Origin: Candidatus Latescibacterota bacterium
GTDB lineage: Bacteria > Latescibacterota > UBA2968 > UBA8231
Assembly: GCA_965197905.1 (NCBI GenBank)
Contig: CBDAOB010000004.1
Location: 2,089,175 to 2,153,174 of the forward strand
Length of the DNA stretch: 64,000 bases
Direction: 5' to 3'
Below, in pieces: positions 36,975 through 47,213 of the stretch. The first letter of the stretch is position 1, and each line of letters begins with the position of its first letter. The position numbers were made by a program, and so were the translations under genes. The notes under the pieces are model-generated. The model searched no databases and was not told the DNA's origin. It worked only from the letters and a program-made list of their open reading frames with translations.

Positions 36975-38273
36975 ATGTTTCAGTACGCCCTACAACGCAC
37001 CCTGCTAGCGATCCCCACGTTACTGGGAATCACCCTGATCTCCTTTCTCATCATGCACCTGGCTCCCGGAGATCCTGTCGATCTGTTTCTCGGCGGCGCT
37101 GCCGGGGGCGAGGGGATTTCGACGGATCGCCAATCGGATTTCGCGAAGACGCGCAGAGACCTGCGACGCCAACTCGGCCTGGACAAACCGTTGCACGTCC
37201 AGTACCTCAGCTGGTTGTCAGGCTTGATTCTAAGAATCGAGCGGTTGGACAACTATGACCGGATGGCGATCGCGGTCGATCAAACCCTCTCGAAACTGGA
37301 TCAAATCCAGCTCAGCCAGCTGCAGGAGACAAAGGGGCAAGAGCGCAAAGGGAAGTTCCTCGCCTTTCACCGACAGCTATCCCGCGACGCCGATGTCTTG
37401 GTCCAGTCTTCCTTCTGGAAGGGCAAGAGCATCAAGGTGTCGGGAAACTACAGGTATGAAGGTGCAGGACTGGAACTCTGGCGCTCGTTCGGTTTCCGTT
37501 TCGTGACGCTGAATTTCGGACGTTCCTTCAAGGACCAGCAACCGGTCATCAAACGCATACTCGCAAGGTTGCCGGTGACCGTGGAAATCAACGTCCTGGC
37601 CATTTTGATCGCATACGTCATCGGCGTACCGCTGGGCATCTTGCTGGCACTCAAGCAGGACAGCCGAACCGATAGACTTTTGACGTCCGGTACCTTCGTA
37701 TTGTGGTCGATGCCTTCGTTTTGGGTGGGCATGCTGCTGATAACCTTCTTCTGCAATAGGGAGTTTTTGTTCTGGTTTCCGGCGTCGGGCATCCAATCGC
37801 TGAACGCTACGGAGGAATGGGGCACCTGGCGTTTGTTCAAGGACCACGCCCACCATATGGTCTTGCCCGTCCTGGCGTCGTCGTACTCCAGCTTCGCGGT
37901 CATTTCGCGGTTCATGCGTACGAGCATGCTGGAGAATCTCAGACTGGACTATGTGCGCACGGCGCAAGCCAAAGGGCTTGGTTACAATGTGGTGGTCCTG
38001 CGGCACGTTTTGCGCAACTCCTTGATCCCCATTGTGACCCTGTTAGCTGGTCTGTTGCCCGGATTGTTTGCCGGTTCGGTGTTCATTGAGACGATTTTTA
38101 CCGTTCCCGGGCTTGGTTTTCTTGGGTTTCAATCCGTGATTGTGCGCGATTACCCCGTCATCATGGCGATATTCACCATCAGCGCCGCCCTGTTCCTTTT
38201 GGGGATTCTCCTTGCCGACATTCTGTTGAAGGCGGTAGACCCCCGAATCGAATTCTCGAGAGTCGAAGGTTGA
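36975..38273 (+). CDS. Peptide ABC transporter permease (OppB/DppB type)
   Basis: HLAPGDP, GLDKPL..QY, NFGRSF, EAA motif DYVRTAQAKGL, RDYPVI, DPRI. Confidence 0.9.
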   Translation: MFQYALQRTLLAIPTLLGITLISFLIMHLAPGDPVDLFLGGAAGGEGISTDRQSDFAKTRRDLRRQLGLDKPLHVQYLSWLSGLILRIERLDNYDRMAIAVDQTLSKLDQIQLSQLQETKGQERKGKFLAFHRQLSRDADVLVQSSFWKGKSIKVSGNYRYEGAGLELWRSFGFRFVTLNFGRSFKDQQPVIKRILARLPVTVEINVLAILIAYVIGVPLGILLALKQDSRTDRLLTSGTFVLWSMPSFWVGMLLITFFCNREFLFWFPASGIQSLNATEEWGTWRLFKDHAHHMVLPVLASSYSSFAVISRFMRTSMLENLRLDYVRTAQAKGLGYNVVVLRHVLRNSLIPIVTLLAGLLPGLFAGSVFIETIFTVPGLGFLGFQSVIVRDYPVIMAIFTISAALFLLGILLADILLKAVDPRIEFSRVEG

Positions 38274-38276
38274 GGC

Positions 38277-39332
38277 TTGCAAGCAGCTGAGAAGGGAGAG
38301 GAGGCACTTGAGCTCGAGGAGCGCGCGGGACAGTCCTACGCCCGCATTGTCTGGCTGCAGTTTCGTCGAAATCAGCCGGCGATCGCTGGGCTGGCCGCTG
38401 TGGGAATACTGGCCATCATCGCCGTTGCCGCCGACTTAATCGCGGGGAACAGACCCTACTACATGGAGTATCGCGGAAACACCTACTTTCCCGCATTTCG
38501 CCAATACGCTGTTCACCTTGGCCTCATGGATTGGCCAAAGGAGCTTCGCCGGCGGAAAAACTTCAAACGGCTGAAGACCGATGTAGCCGTTTTCCCCCCC
38601 GTCCCGTACGCGGCGAGCGAGATAAATCTTTCTCACAAGTACCAGCCGCCAAACGGCGAGCATTGGCTGGGTACCGACAGGTTGGGTCGGGATGTCCTGT
38701 CCAGCCTGGTTCACGGCACGCGGTACGCCCTTACCATCGGGCTGGTCGCGGTGGGCATCTCGCTGATAATCGGTATTTCTCTGGGAGCGTTGGCGGGGTA
38801 TTTTGGAGGTTGGCTCGATCTGTTCCTGTTATCTCGCATGTTTGAATTGTGGGCGGCCATACCATCGATCTTTTTGATCATCACTGCCGCGGCCTTCTTC
38901 CCGCCAAGCCTGTTCTTTGTGATGCTCATCATCGGCCTGACGGGTTGGGTGGGGATTGCCCGGCTTGCCCGCTCCCAATTTCTGCAGCTACGAAGCTACG
39001 ACTACGTTGCAGCCGCCCGCAGCTTGGGCTGCTCGAGCAGGCGGATCATGTTCCGCCACATGCTGCCCAACGCCCTGGGACCGCTACTGGTGCCGACCGC
39101 ATTTGGCGTGGCGGGGGCCATCTTGATGGAGTCCGGCTTGAGCTTCCTGGGAATCGGTGTGCCGGCGGAGGCGATCACCTGGGGTTCGCTACTGGCTGGT
39201 GCCCGCAGCAACGCTTCGGCGTGGTGGTTGGTTGTTGTTCCAGGAACCGCCATTTTCATTACGGTTACCATGTACAACCTCCTGGGTGACGGATTGCGAG
39301 ACGCATTGGATCCCAAAATGAAAGCGGGCTAG
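38277..39332 (+). CDS. Peptide ABC transporter permease (OppC/DppC type)
   Basis: HWLGTDRLGRDV, DYVAAARSLG, RHMLPN, ESGLSFLG, GDGLRDALDP. Confidence 0.9.
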   Translation: MQAAEKGEEALELEERAGQSYARIVWLQFRRNQPAIAGLAAVGILAIIAVAADLIAGNRPYYMEYRGNTYFPAFRQYAVHLGLMDWPKELRRRKNFKRLKTDVAVFPPVPYAASEINLSHKYQPPNGEHWLGTDRLGRDVLSSLVHGTRYALTIGLVAVGISLIIGISLGALAGYFGGWLDLFLLSRMFELWAAIPSIFLIITAAAFFPPSLFFVMLIIGLTGWVGIARLARSQFLQLRSYDYVAAARSLGCSSRRIMFRHMLPNALGPLLVPTAFGVAGAILMESGLSFLGIGVPAEAITWGSLLAGARSNASAWWLVVVPGTAIFITVTMYNLLGDGLRDALDPKMKAG

Positions 39333-39350
39333 AGGCAGTCGCCGGTCAAA

Positions 39351-40458
39351 TCAGGTAGTCCCCTCGTTGCGCCACCAGCGTACCTCTGAGTCGTCGCCAA
39401 GAGCACTGACGATCACGTCGAGCAAGCCGTTTCCGGTCAAGTCTGCGACGATGACTTGATTGGCATTCCAGGTTTCTTTGAGCACTTGAACGCTCCACGG
39501 CCTCGCGGGTCCCCTTCGTGTTTGAACAGGGACAGACCGAACCCTCTCTTGCCATAGGACGTGGCCAAGACTTCCTGTTCCCCGTCGTTATCGAGGTCAG
39601 CGGCAATCGCTTCGAAGGCTCCAGGACACGAAGGGGAGATTGTATGTTTCTTCCAAGGACAACGTGTCGGCTCCCCCTCGTTTTCGTACCAAACGATCTG
39701 GTGATCCACTTCTGCTTTGTCTTCCACTGACCGCATCCCCAGGGCCATGACGACATCCAGATGGCCATCACCGTCCATATCAACCGGATTGCCGTGGGTG
39801 GCACGGTATCGATGATGTGTTTGGACCAGCCCGCGCTCGCCGAAGCGCCTGTATTCTCGTACCACACCACCTGATCGCCCATGAACGCGGTTCCCAATAG
39901 GTCGGGGAGCCCGTTGCCATTAAAATCGGCTACGCGCATGGTGCGAGTTTCGCTCATCGATTCTTCTATGGCGCGTTGGGTCCAACCGTCAGGGCTTTGT
40001 TCAAACCAGGCGAATTGATTCCCCTTCCTCCAGCTGGATGCGGCCACATCCAGACGGCCGTCCCCGTTGAAGTCGGCCACCGCCACATCGTACGCCCCAG
40101 GCAAGGTGCCCTTCGCAATGTATTCGTGGTGCCAGGAAGCCGTGTCGCGCGGATCCCCTTCAAATCCGAACCACAGCAGGCTGCCGTTGATGTTGTCGAC
40201 GCTGACAATCTCCGGGGATCCATCACTGTTAATGTCGGCGATGGTGTGGCGTTCCAGCCACTCTTCCTTGCGCTCGTGAATAGTGTGGTTCGTGAAGGTT
40301 TCGCTGCCGTCATTTTCGAACCAGTAGAGCCCGACATCGGTGTCGCAGGCCACCAGGTCGGGCAGCCCGTTACCAGTAAGATCGACTGCTGATACGCCGT
40401 AGGCATACTCGAAGCCGCCTTTGAGCTGGAACTCCGTAAAACGGATGTGTTGATACAT
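39351..40458 (-). pseudogene. FG-GAP/VCBS-repeat beta-propeller protein with two frameshifts (about 39800 and 39500); pseudogene or consensus errors
   Basis: Seven D-x-(N/T/D)-G-(D/N)-G-type repeats spread over three frames; corrected frame ends EVRWWRNEGTT* at 39351. Confidence 0.7.
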
Positions 40459-40607
40459 ATTCCTCTGCTCGCGTTAGTGCGATCTATCGTTCCTCTCAGT
40501 AGGAATGCTTTTGTGGCGTGACTGTCAAGGTATCACGGCCTTGCGGTGATCGGCAATACAGTTTTGTTAAAAACACTCGGCGCGACATCCTATAAGGAGA
40601 ACTCCAA

Positions 40608-42143
40608 ATGAACGAACCGGCCCTGATCCCTCAACCGTTCATAGACTGGTATGAGATCTGGGCAGGTCAAGCCGGCGTCAACGAGCACGGCGAGACCGGG
40701 CTCAAGGACCCGCCAACGGGCGTCCAACTATCAGTGCAGCCGGCGCGCCGCTCAGAGATATTCTTCCGCTCCGAAAAACCATGGGAACAGGTACGGATGG
40801 TGTATCCTTGCGTAATCCACGACGAAGGCCGTTACCGAATGTGGTTCTGGACCTGGGGAGAAGGGGAAAACAGAGCGCGCTACAACGGCTACGCGGAAAG
40901 CGCGAACGGATTCGATTGGGAGAGACCCGAGTTAGGATTGGCGTCGTACGAGGGGTCCACATCCAACAACCTGCTCTCTAGGCACGAAGAATTCGAAATA
41001 AACACCGTATTCCTGGATCCAACGAGTGGTTCCTCGGAACGCTTCAAAGCGATTGGAACCCGAACGTTGTTCTTTCGCAACGGAGAGCCTGAACCGGAGA
41101 TGGACTGGGACAGGTTCAACGAGCTTCGAACTCAGACGGGATATCAGGGCGATCCGACGGTAAACGCAATGAACCTGGTGGCTGAGAAGTTCGGAGTAAC
41201 GCGGGAAAACGCAGTTATGGGCGCAGTATCGGCCGACGGTTTGCGCTGGAGCGTGCTGCCGGAACCCTTGGTGAATGTGGGGAACAGCGTGTTGGATACG
41301 CAGAATGTGGCGGCTTACGAGCCTGAAAGTGGCGAGTATGTCGCCTACCTGAGAGGCATGTACCACAACGAGGGGAAGTTTGGGTACGGCGGTCGACGGG
41401 CGGTGCGCAAGGTATCGGGAAGGGAGTTTGGCAACTGGGGCCCGCCGCGTTACGTGTTGGTAGCCGACCCACAGGACCATGTTTCTGACGACATCTACAC
41501 CTCCTGCTATTGTCACTATCCCGACGTGCCCGGACTCCACCTCATGTTCCCTTCGATTTACCACCGGCTCGATTCCGAACAGGACGTACAACTGGCGGTG
41601 AGTCGCGATGGTTGGCACTGGGTCCGACCCGAGCGCAAGCCGATCATAACCCTGGAGAGCGACACCGGCCGCTACGGCAGAATTCGCTCAGGTCCCAACC
41701 TCGTGGCGCTCAGCGACGAGGAGTGGGGTCTGCCCTACGACTGCCGCTACAGCCGACACGACCACGGTCCGGCTCAACTGCCTGAGGGCGAGTTTCGCTG
41801 GGCGTTATGGAAGAGGGATCGACTGGTAGCTCTGGAGGCGCCGGTGGAAGGAAGGGTTACGACGATTGCTCGCATCTGCCACGGCCGCGAGCTGCACCTC
41901 AACTTTCAGACGAGAAGGGCGGGTTGGATTCGGGCGGAAATCGTTACGCCGCCCACCGAGCCCAACAAAACGATCCGTGCGCTGGACGGGTTTACCCTGG
42001 AAGACTGCGATCCGCTGGCGGGAGACGAGATGGATCGAGTGGTTACCTGGAAGGGGCAGGCAGACCTCTCCTCGCTGGAGGGGAAACAGGTGGCCATTCG
42101 ACTGCAACTGGCCCGCGCCAAGCTTTTCTCAACGGCTATGTAG
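40608..42143 (+). CDS. Hypothetical beta-propeller protein (GH32/GH43/GH130-like fold)
   Basis: AAGGAG SD; Asp-box-like S.DG..W repeats (SANGFDW, SADGLRW, SRDGWHW), DTQN, C-terminal beta-sandwich (IRLQLARAKLFS). Confidence 0.6.
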   Translation: MNEPALIPQPFIDWYEIWAGQAGVNEHGETGLKDPPTGVQLSVQPARRSEIFFRSEKPWEQVRMVYPCVIHDEGRYRMWFWTWGEGENRARYNGYAESANGFDWERPELGLASYEGSTSNNLLSRHEEFEINTVFLDPTSGSSERFKAIGTRTLFFRNGEPEPEMDWDRFNELRTQTGYQGDPTVNAMNLVAEKFGVTRENAVMGAVSADGLRWSVLPEPLVNVGNSVLDTQNVAAYEPESGEYVAYLRGMYHNEGKFGYGGRRAVRKVSGREFGNWGPPRYVLVADPQDHVSDDIYTSCYCHYPDVPGLHLMFPSIYHRLDSEQDVQLAVSRDGWHWVRPERKPIITLESDTGRYGRIRSGPNLVALSDEEWGLPYDCRYSRHDHGPAQLPEGEFRWALWKRDRLVALEAPVEGRVTTIARICHGRELHLNFQTRRAGWIRAEIVTPPTEPNKTIRALDGFTLEDCDPLAGDEMDRVVTWKGQADLSSLEGKQVAIRLQLARAKLFSTAM

Positions 42144-42172
42144 GGGGTGCGCCAGGGACCGAAGGGAGAATG

Positions 42173-43468
42173 TCAACGTTGGAGGAAATCCGGGATCTTT
42201 TCGTTGGCGGTGATCTGCTCCAGCGTCTGCCGTTGTCGTATAGGGTGGAAGGTCCCATTGTTGGCGATCAGAACCTCTGAGGCTTCGGGGAAGGAATTAT
42301 AGTTTTTGGCAGACTGGCCCGCGCAGTAGGCTCCAGTGGCACCGATGACCAGAATATCTCCAATATGGGTGGTGGGAAGTTGCCGTGGGCGCAATCCTTC
42401 GGGGTTGTTCGGCTCGGGGGTTAACACGTCCCCGCTCTCGCAGCAGTGTCCAGCGATAATGTAATCGAGATTCTCCGCACTTGGCGCGGACGCGTCAGGA
42501 AAGACGTGAACCGGGTGCTGCGCGCCGTACATGCTGGGTCGCAACACCTCGGTCATTCCCGCATCGACCTTGATAAAGTTGTAGCCGTTCGGTCCCGTGT
42601 CCACGACGTCGATAACCGAACACACGAGTACGCCGGCGTTGGCGACGAAGAAGGTTCCGGGTTCGATCTCCAGCGTGAGTTTGCGACCGTGGGAGTCGTA
42701 GAAGCGCTCGAACTCCTTGACGATTTGGTGTCCGGCGGCATTTAGATCGGTTGCCTCTTCATCAGGCATCCGTGCCACCTTATAGCCCCCGCCCAGGTTT
42801 ACGGAAACCACATCGGGAAGTCGCGCGGCGATACCCAAGGTCAATCTGGCACAATGTTGCCAGACTGACGGGTCACTGCCCGACCCTATGTGGGAATGCA
42901 GGCGATCGACCGTGAGCCGATATTCGGTCGCCATCTCAAGAACCTGATCCAGGTATTCATGCCAGATTCCGAAACTGGAGGAAGGTCCCCCAACGTTGGT
43001 GCGATTGCTGTGCCCCGATCCCAGGCCTGGGTTTATCCGTACAGACAAGTGCCCCCCTTCGGAGCGGTGGCCGAATTCTCGAAGTTGATTCAAGGAACAG
43101 GCGTTGAAGAGCACGCCCTCTTTCATCAATTCCTCCAGATCGTCCGGAAGTTGCTGCGCGGTAAGTTGAATCTGGTGGCCGGGAATGCCCGCGGCCAGAG
43201 CCCGGTGAACTTCAAACCCACTGCTGGCATCGATGTGCAAACCGAGCCGATTGAAGATGCTCAGCAGTGCCGCGTTTGGGCAGGCCTTCATGGCGTAGCG
43301 CGCCGTCAAGCCGTACGGATTCGGGAACGCCAGGACGGCGCGCGCGCGGCGCTCCAGCTCCGCCTGGTCGTAGACAAACGTGGGGGTGCCGAAATCCCGT
43401 CGGATATCGCCGGCCTGAGCATGGTTGAGCAAGCATCCTGGACTCATGTAATGGTCTCTATGTTGCAA
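42173..43468 (-). CDS. lysA: Diaminopimelate decarboxylase
   Basis: YAMKA (PLP Lys), DASSGFE, RINPG, HSHIGSG, NLGGG, IEPG, RPSMYGAQH, CESGD, GAY; start may be 43447. Confidence 0.9.
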   Translation of the reverse strand: MQHRDHYMSPGCLLNHAQAGDIRRDFGTPTFVYDQAELERRARAVLAFPNPYGLTARYAMKACPNAALLSIFNRLGLHIDASSGFEVHRALAAGIPGHQIQLTAQQLPDDLEELMKEGVLFNACSLNQLREFGHRSEGGHLSVRINPGLGSGHSNRTNVGGPSSSFGIWHEYLDQVLEMATEYRLTVDRLHSHIGSGSDPSVWQHCARLTLGIAARLPDVVSVNLGGGYKVARMPDEEATDLNAAGHQIVKEFERFYDSHGRKLTLEIEPGTFFVANAGVLVCSVIDVVDTGPNGYNFIKVDAGMTEVLRPSMYGAQHPVHVFPDASAPSAENLDYIIAGHCCESGDVLTPEPNNPEGLRPRQLPTTHIGDILVIGATGAYCAGQSAKNYNSFPEASEVLIANNGTFHPIRQRQTLEQITANEKIPDFLQR

Positions 43469-43547
43469 TATTTATTGGAAGTAAGTAGGTTTTCCAACTA
43501 AGTATCCAACTCCCGATTAACGGTGTCAAGGCGCCGAAAAAAAGGGC

Positions 43548-45371
43548 ATGCCCACCTACATTCTCGGTCTTTCCGCCTTCTATCACGACAGCGCCGCCTG
43601 CCTTATTCGCGACGGCGAAATCATCGCCGCTGCTCAGGAAGAGCGTTTCACCCGCATCAAGCACGACCCCGGTTTTCCGCTCCACGCAGCACGCTACTGT
43701 CTTGCTGAAGCGGGCATCGCGGCCAAGGATTTGCGCTGCATCGGATTCTACGACAAACCGCTCCTGACTTTCGAGCGGCTGTTGGAGACGCATCTGGCGA
43801 CCGCCCCCAAAGGCATTCGGCTTTTCTGGAAGAGCATGGCTGTATGGCTGAAGAAGAAGCTATGGATTCCCCAACTGATCCAACGCGAGCTAGAATTCGA
43901 CGGCCCGGTCCTTTTCGGTGACCACCACGAGTCACACGCCGCGAGCGCATTCTACCCTTCGCCCTTTGCGGAGGCGGCGATCATCACCCTCGATGGGGTC
44001 GGCGAATGGACCACCACCAGCTACGGATACGGCAGAGGGGCGGATATCCACACCCTGGCCGATATCAAGTTTCCCCACTCTCTCGGTTTACTCTACACCG
44101 CCATCACCTACTTCACCGGTTTCAAACCCAATTCCGGGGAGTACAAGCTGATGGGGTTGGCGCCGTACGGCCAGCCCCGATACGTAGATCGCATTATGGA
44201 GAACGTGATCGATCTCAAGGAAGACGGATCGTTCAAGCTGGACATGCGCTATTTCAACTACCTCGCCGGCCTCACCATGACCAATCAGCGGATGGCGGAG
44301 CTGTTCGACGGTCCGCCACGAAAGCCCGAATCGCCTCTTACGCAGCGGGAAATGGATCTGGCGCGATCGTGCCAGCAGGTCACTGAAGAGGTGATGCTGC
44401 GCATCGCGAGAACTGTCCACCGCGAAACCGAGATGAAACATTTGTGCCTGGCCGGTGGGGTGGCGCTGAACTGTGTCGGCAATGGTCGCATTTTGCGGGA
44501 AGGGCCTTTCGAAAAGATCTGGATCCAACCGGCAGCAGGCGATGCAGGGGGGGCGTTGGGTGTGGCTCTCTCGCTGTGGTATCGATATTGCGAGAATGAC
44601 CGCAGAGTCCCTGGCGCCGGCGATGGCATGGGGGCGTCGTTATTGGGTCCTTCCTTCGATGACGAGCAGATCCGGGAGTTCCTCGAACTGAATGTGGCTC
44701 CCGGAGAATTCATGAGTCGGGAGCAGTTGCCGGTACGAGTCGCCGAGCTGCTCAACGATGAAAAGGTGGTCGGTTGGTTCAGCGGCCGCATGGAATTCGG
44801 TCCGCGGGCATTGGGCGCCCGCAGCATCATTGGTGATCCACGATCGCCCAAGATGCAATCGGTGATGAATCTTAAAATTAAGTTTCGCGAGAGCTTTCGT
44901 CCGTTCGCGCCGTCGGTATTGCGGGACCGGGTGCAAGATTTCTTCGAAATAGACGCCGACTCACCGTATATGCTTCTCGTCGCACCGGTAAAGGAAGATC
45001 GGCAGATACGGATGACCGCGGACGAGGAGAGCTTGTTCGGAATAGACAAGCTGAATATCCCACGTTCGGACGTTCCGGCGGTCACGCACGTCGACTATTC
45101 AGCGCGCATTCAGACGGTCCGGAGAGAAGAGAATCCACCGTATTACGACTTGATCCAGGCTTTCAACAGCATTTCCGGATGCCCGCTGATCGTCAATACG
45201 TCGTTTAACGTGCGCGGCGAGCCGATCGTCTGCACTCCGGAGGATGCGTACCGCTGTTTTATGCGTACGGAAATGGATTACCTGGTTTTGGGGAACTACC
45301 TGCTCGACAAGAGATCTCAGCCTAACTGGAGCGAGAAGGAAGACTGGCGTGAAGAGTTCGAATTGGACTGA
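43548..45371 (+). CDS. Carbamoyltransferase (NodU/CmcH/SxtI family)
   Basis: HDSAA, QEERF, HHESHAASA, GEYKLMGLAPYG, AGGVALNC, EFGPRALG, KFRESFRPFAP, NTSFN. Confidence 0.93.
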   Translation: MPTYILGLSAFYHDSAACLIRDGEIIAAAQEERFTRIKHDPGFPLHAARYCLAEAGIAAKDLRCIGFYDKPLLTFERLLETHLATAPKGIRLFWKSMAVWLKKKLWIPQLIQRELEFDGPVLFGDHHESHAASAFYPSPFAEAAIITLDGVGEWTTTSYGYGRGADIHTLADIKFPHSLGLLYTAITYFTGFKPNSGEYKLMGLAPYGQPRYVDRIMENVIDLKEDGSFKLDMRYFNYLAGLTMTNQRMAELFDGPPRKPESPLTQREMDLARSCQQVTEEVMLRIARTVHRETEMKHLCLAGGVALNCVGNGRILREGPFEKIWIQPAAGDAGGALGVALSLWYRYCENDRRVPGAGDGMGASLLGPSFDDEQIREFLELNVAPGEFMSREQLPVRVAELLNDEKVVGWFSGRMEFGPRALGARSIIGDPRSPKMQSVMNLKIKFRESFRPFAPSVLRDRVQDFFEIDADSPYMLLVAPVKEDRQIRMTADEESLFGIDKLNIPRSDVPAVTHVDYSARIQTVRREENPPYYDLIQAFNSISGCPLIVNTSFNVRGEPIVCTPEDAYRCFMRTEMDYLVLGNYLLDKRSQPNWSEKEDWREEFELD

Positions 45372-45406
45372 ACCTTGCGGGTTGAGGTGTTGATGGACTG
45401 GGGAGT

Positions 45407-45832
45407 ATGATCGACAAGAGCGGATTCTGGCGCATACCTTCGGCATCCAGGTCTGAGCTGCGCACATTCGGACTCGTCATGGCCCTCGCCGCCGCGGCGA
45501 TCGCACTGCTTCTGTGGTACCACGGGTCCGTCGACACCGCACAAGGCGTGGGTCTGGCGGCAGCGGCATTCATCGGACTCGCCCTCGGCATTCCGTCGAT
45601 TCTGCGACCGCTGTATACCGTCTGGATGTTGCTTGCCCGGGTACTAGGATTCATAAATACGCACATACTGTTGGGACTGGTTTTCTACACCATTTTCACC
45701 GCAATCGGGCTGGCCATGCGCTTGATCCGGCACGATCCGCTGGATCGCAAACTCGACGCGGATGAAAAGAGCTACTGGTCTCGGCGCGAGCCTTCTCAGT
45801 TGCCGCGAAAGCACTTCGAGCGGCAGTTCTGA
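45407..45832 (+). CDS. SxtJ-family membrane protein
   Basis: LRTFG, P..LRPLY..WM..A..LG.IN...L, DPL, SYW, ERQF C-terminus; follows the carbamoyltransferase. Confidence 0.8.
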   Translation: MIDKSGFWRIPSASRSELRTFGLVMALAAAAIALLLWYHGSVDTAQGVGLAAAAFIGLALGIPSILRPLYTVWMLLARVLGFINTHILLGLVFYTIFTAIGLAMRLIRHDPLDRKLDADEKSYWSRREPSQLPRKHFERQF

Positions 45833-45946
45833 CGGCTCATTGAGCCGGCTGGCCATCTTGATATTATCTATTGCCACAGCTATATTTACCCGCTTTGGGA
45901 GAAGGCTCTGAGGCACCCAGAAACAGCTTCCGCTCAGCGGTCTGAG

Positions 45947-46411
45947 GTGGCCGCCGCAGATCGCCGCTGGATCGAGTTGGCATTGGAGGAAGCACGCCTC
46001 GCCGCCACCAACGGTGAAGTTCCAGTTGGGGCTCTCGTCGTTCGAGAAAACAAGGTCGTCGGGCGCGGGGCCAATGCCACGGAACGTGAGCAAGACCCGA
46101 CTGCCCATGCCGAGATCCTGGCTATCAGGCAGGCCGCCGAATACCTTGGGACAAGGCGCCTGAACGACACGACCTTATACGTTTCTCTGGAACCCTGTTC
46201 CATGTGTGCAGGAGCTATCGTGCTCGCTCGTATCCCGTTACTCGTCTTCGGAGCCCACGATCCCAAGGCGGGCGCCTGCGGGTCGTTGCGGGACGTGGTC
46301 CGCGATACTCGTCTCAATCACCAATGCGAGGTACGAGGCGGAGTGATGGAACCCGAGTGCGGCGGTTTATTGAAGGAATTCTTTGCGGACATCAGGTCGT
46401 CGACAGCCTGA
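45947..46411 (+). CDS. tadA: tRNA adenosine(34) deaminase
   Basis: EVPVGA, DPTAHAE, LEPCSMCAGA, DPKAGACGS, LNH. Confidence 0.93.
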   Translation: MAAADRRWIELALEEARLAATNGEVPVGALVVRENKVVGRGANATEREQDPTAHAEILAIRQAAEYLGTRRLNDTTLYVSLEPCSMCAGAIVLARIPLLVFGAHDPKAGACGSLRDVVRDTRLNHQCEVRGGVMEPECGGLLKEFFADIRSSTA

Positions 46412-46422
46412 CAGCAGGTTTG

Positions 46423-46513
<91 letters not shown>

Positions 46514-46532
46514 TCACGAACGATGCAAATCG

Positions 46533-46623
46533 GGAGAGATGACCGAGTGGTCGAAGGTGCACGACTGGAAATCGTGTGTAGCGCGAACCGCTACCGTGGG
46601 TTCGAATCCCACTCTCTCCGCCA
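46533..46623 (+). tRNA. tRNA-Ser (GGA)
   Basis: GGAGAGA/TCTCTCC acceptor, anticodon loop CTGGAAA, long variable arm, GCCA. Confidence 0.96.
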
Positions 46624-46808
46624 TATATATTCTGTAACCCCTTTATAAACAAAATATTATGTAAGATAAGAAAACTCTATCCCCTCATTTTTACCTCCAT
46701 TCTTTAACGGAATGAACGGGACCATACTGGACTTTCCGCGGTTCCGGCTGCCACCTCGGAGGCCTGGTTCCCTTGAGAGCCGGTCGATGTTGTCCCGGAG
46801 AGCGTCGA

Positions 46809-47093
46809 TCAGACCGTGGAGACGCGGGGGGCGAAGAAGATGCCCGTGAAGTGGTCCCGGACGAAGGTGTCCGCCTGGGGGTTGTCGGCACGTAGCGCCT
46901 CCCGGTCTTCGTCACTGAGGCGGACGGTGCGGTTTTCGATGGTGGCCCGGACCGCGTGGTGGCAGTAACGCAGCCGGTCGTTGGCCACGACCGCGATCCC
47001 CTTGCTCTCGTACATGTAGGCCACGACCGCCGGAGAAAACGTATAGGCCGACGACACCCCACCCGGGGTGTGCTTCCAGATCCAGCGCGGCAT
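46809..47093 (-). CDS. Hypothetical 94-aa protein divergent from cas3 (MPRWIWKHTPGG...FFAPRVSTV)
   Basis: GGTGGAG SD 4 nt before the ATG; GC-rich third positions; TATAAT on the minus strand at 47187-47192. Confidence 0.5.
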   Translation of the reverse strand: MPRWIWKHTPGGVSSAYTFSPAVVAYMYESKGIAVVANDRLRYCHHAVRATIENRTVRLSDEDREALRADNPQADTFVRDHFTGIFFAPRVSTV

Positions 47094-47213
47094 CGGTCTC
47101 CACCAGGAGTGTTGCTGGAGTTTGAGACAACCCGGTTGTCCTTGGCAAGAAGCCGGAGGAACTGAATCCTCATGAGTTGGATTGCCATTATACACCAGGA
47201 ATGAGGACGCAGG

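Noticed and set aside
43548..45832. Saxitoxin biosynthesis
   Set aside because: No sxtA, sxtG or other core genes; SxtI/J homologs are widespread
46624..46720. Integrase or attR marking the island
   Set aside because: No integrase ORF or tRNA 3' duplicate found in the window, so the island boundary is inferred only
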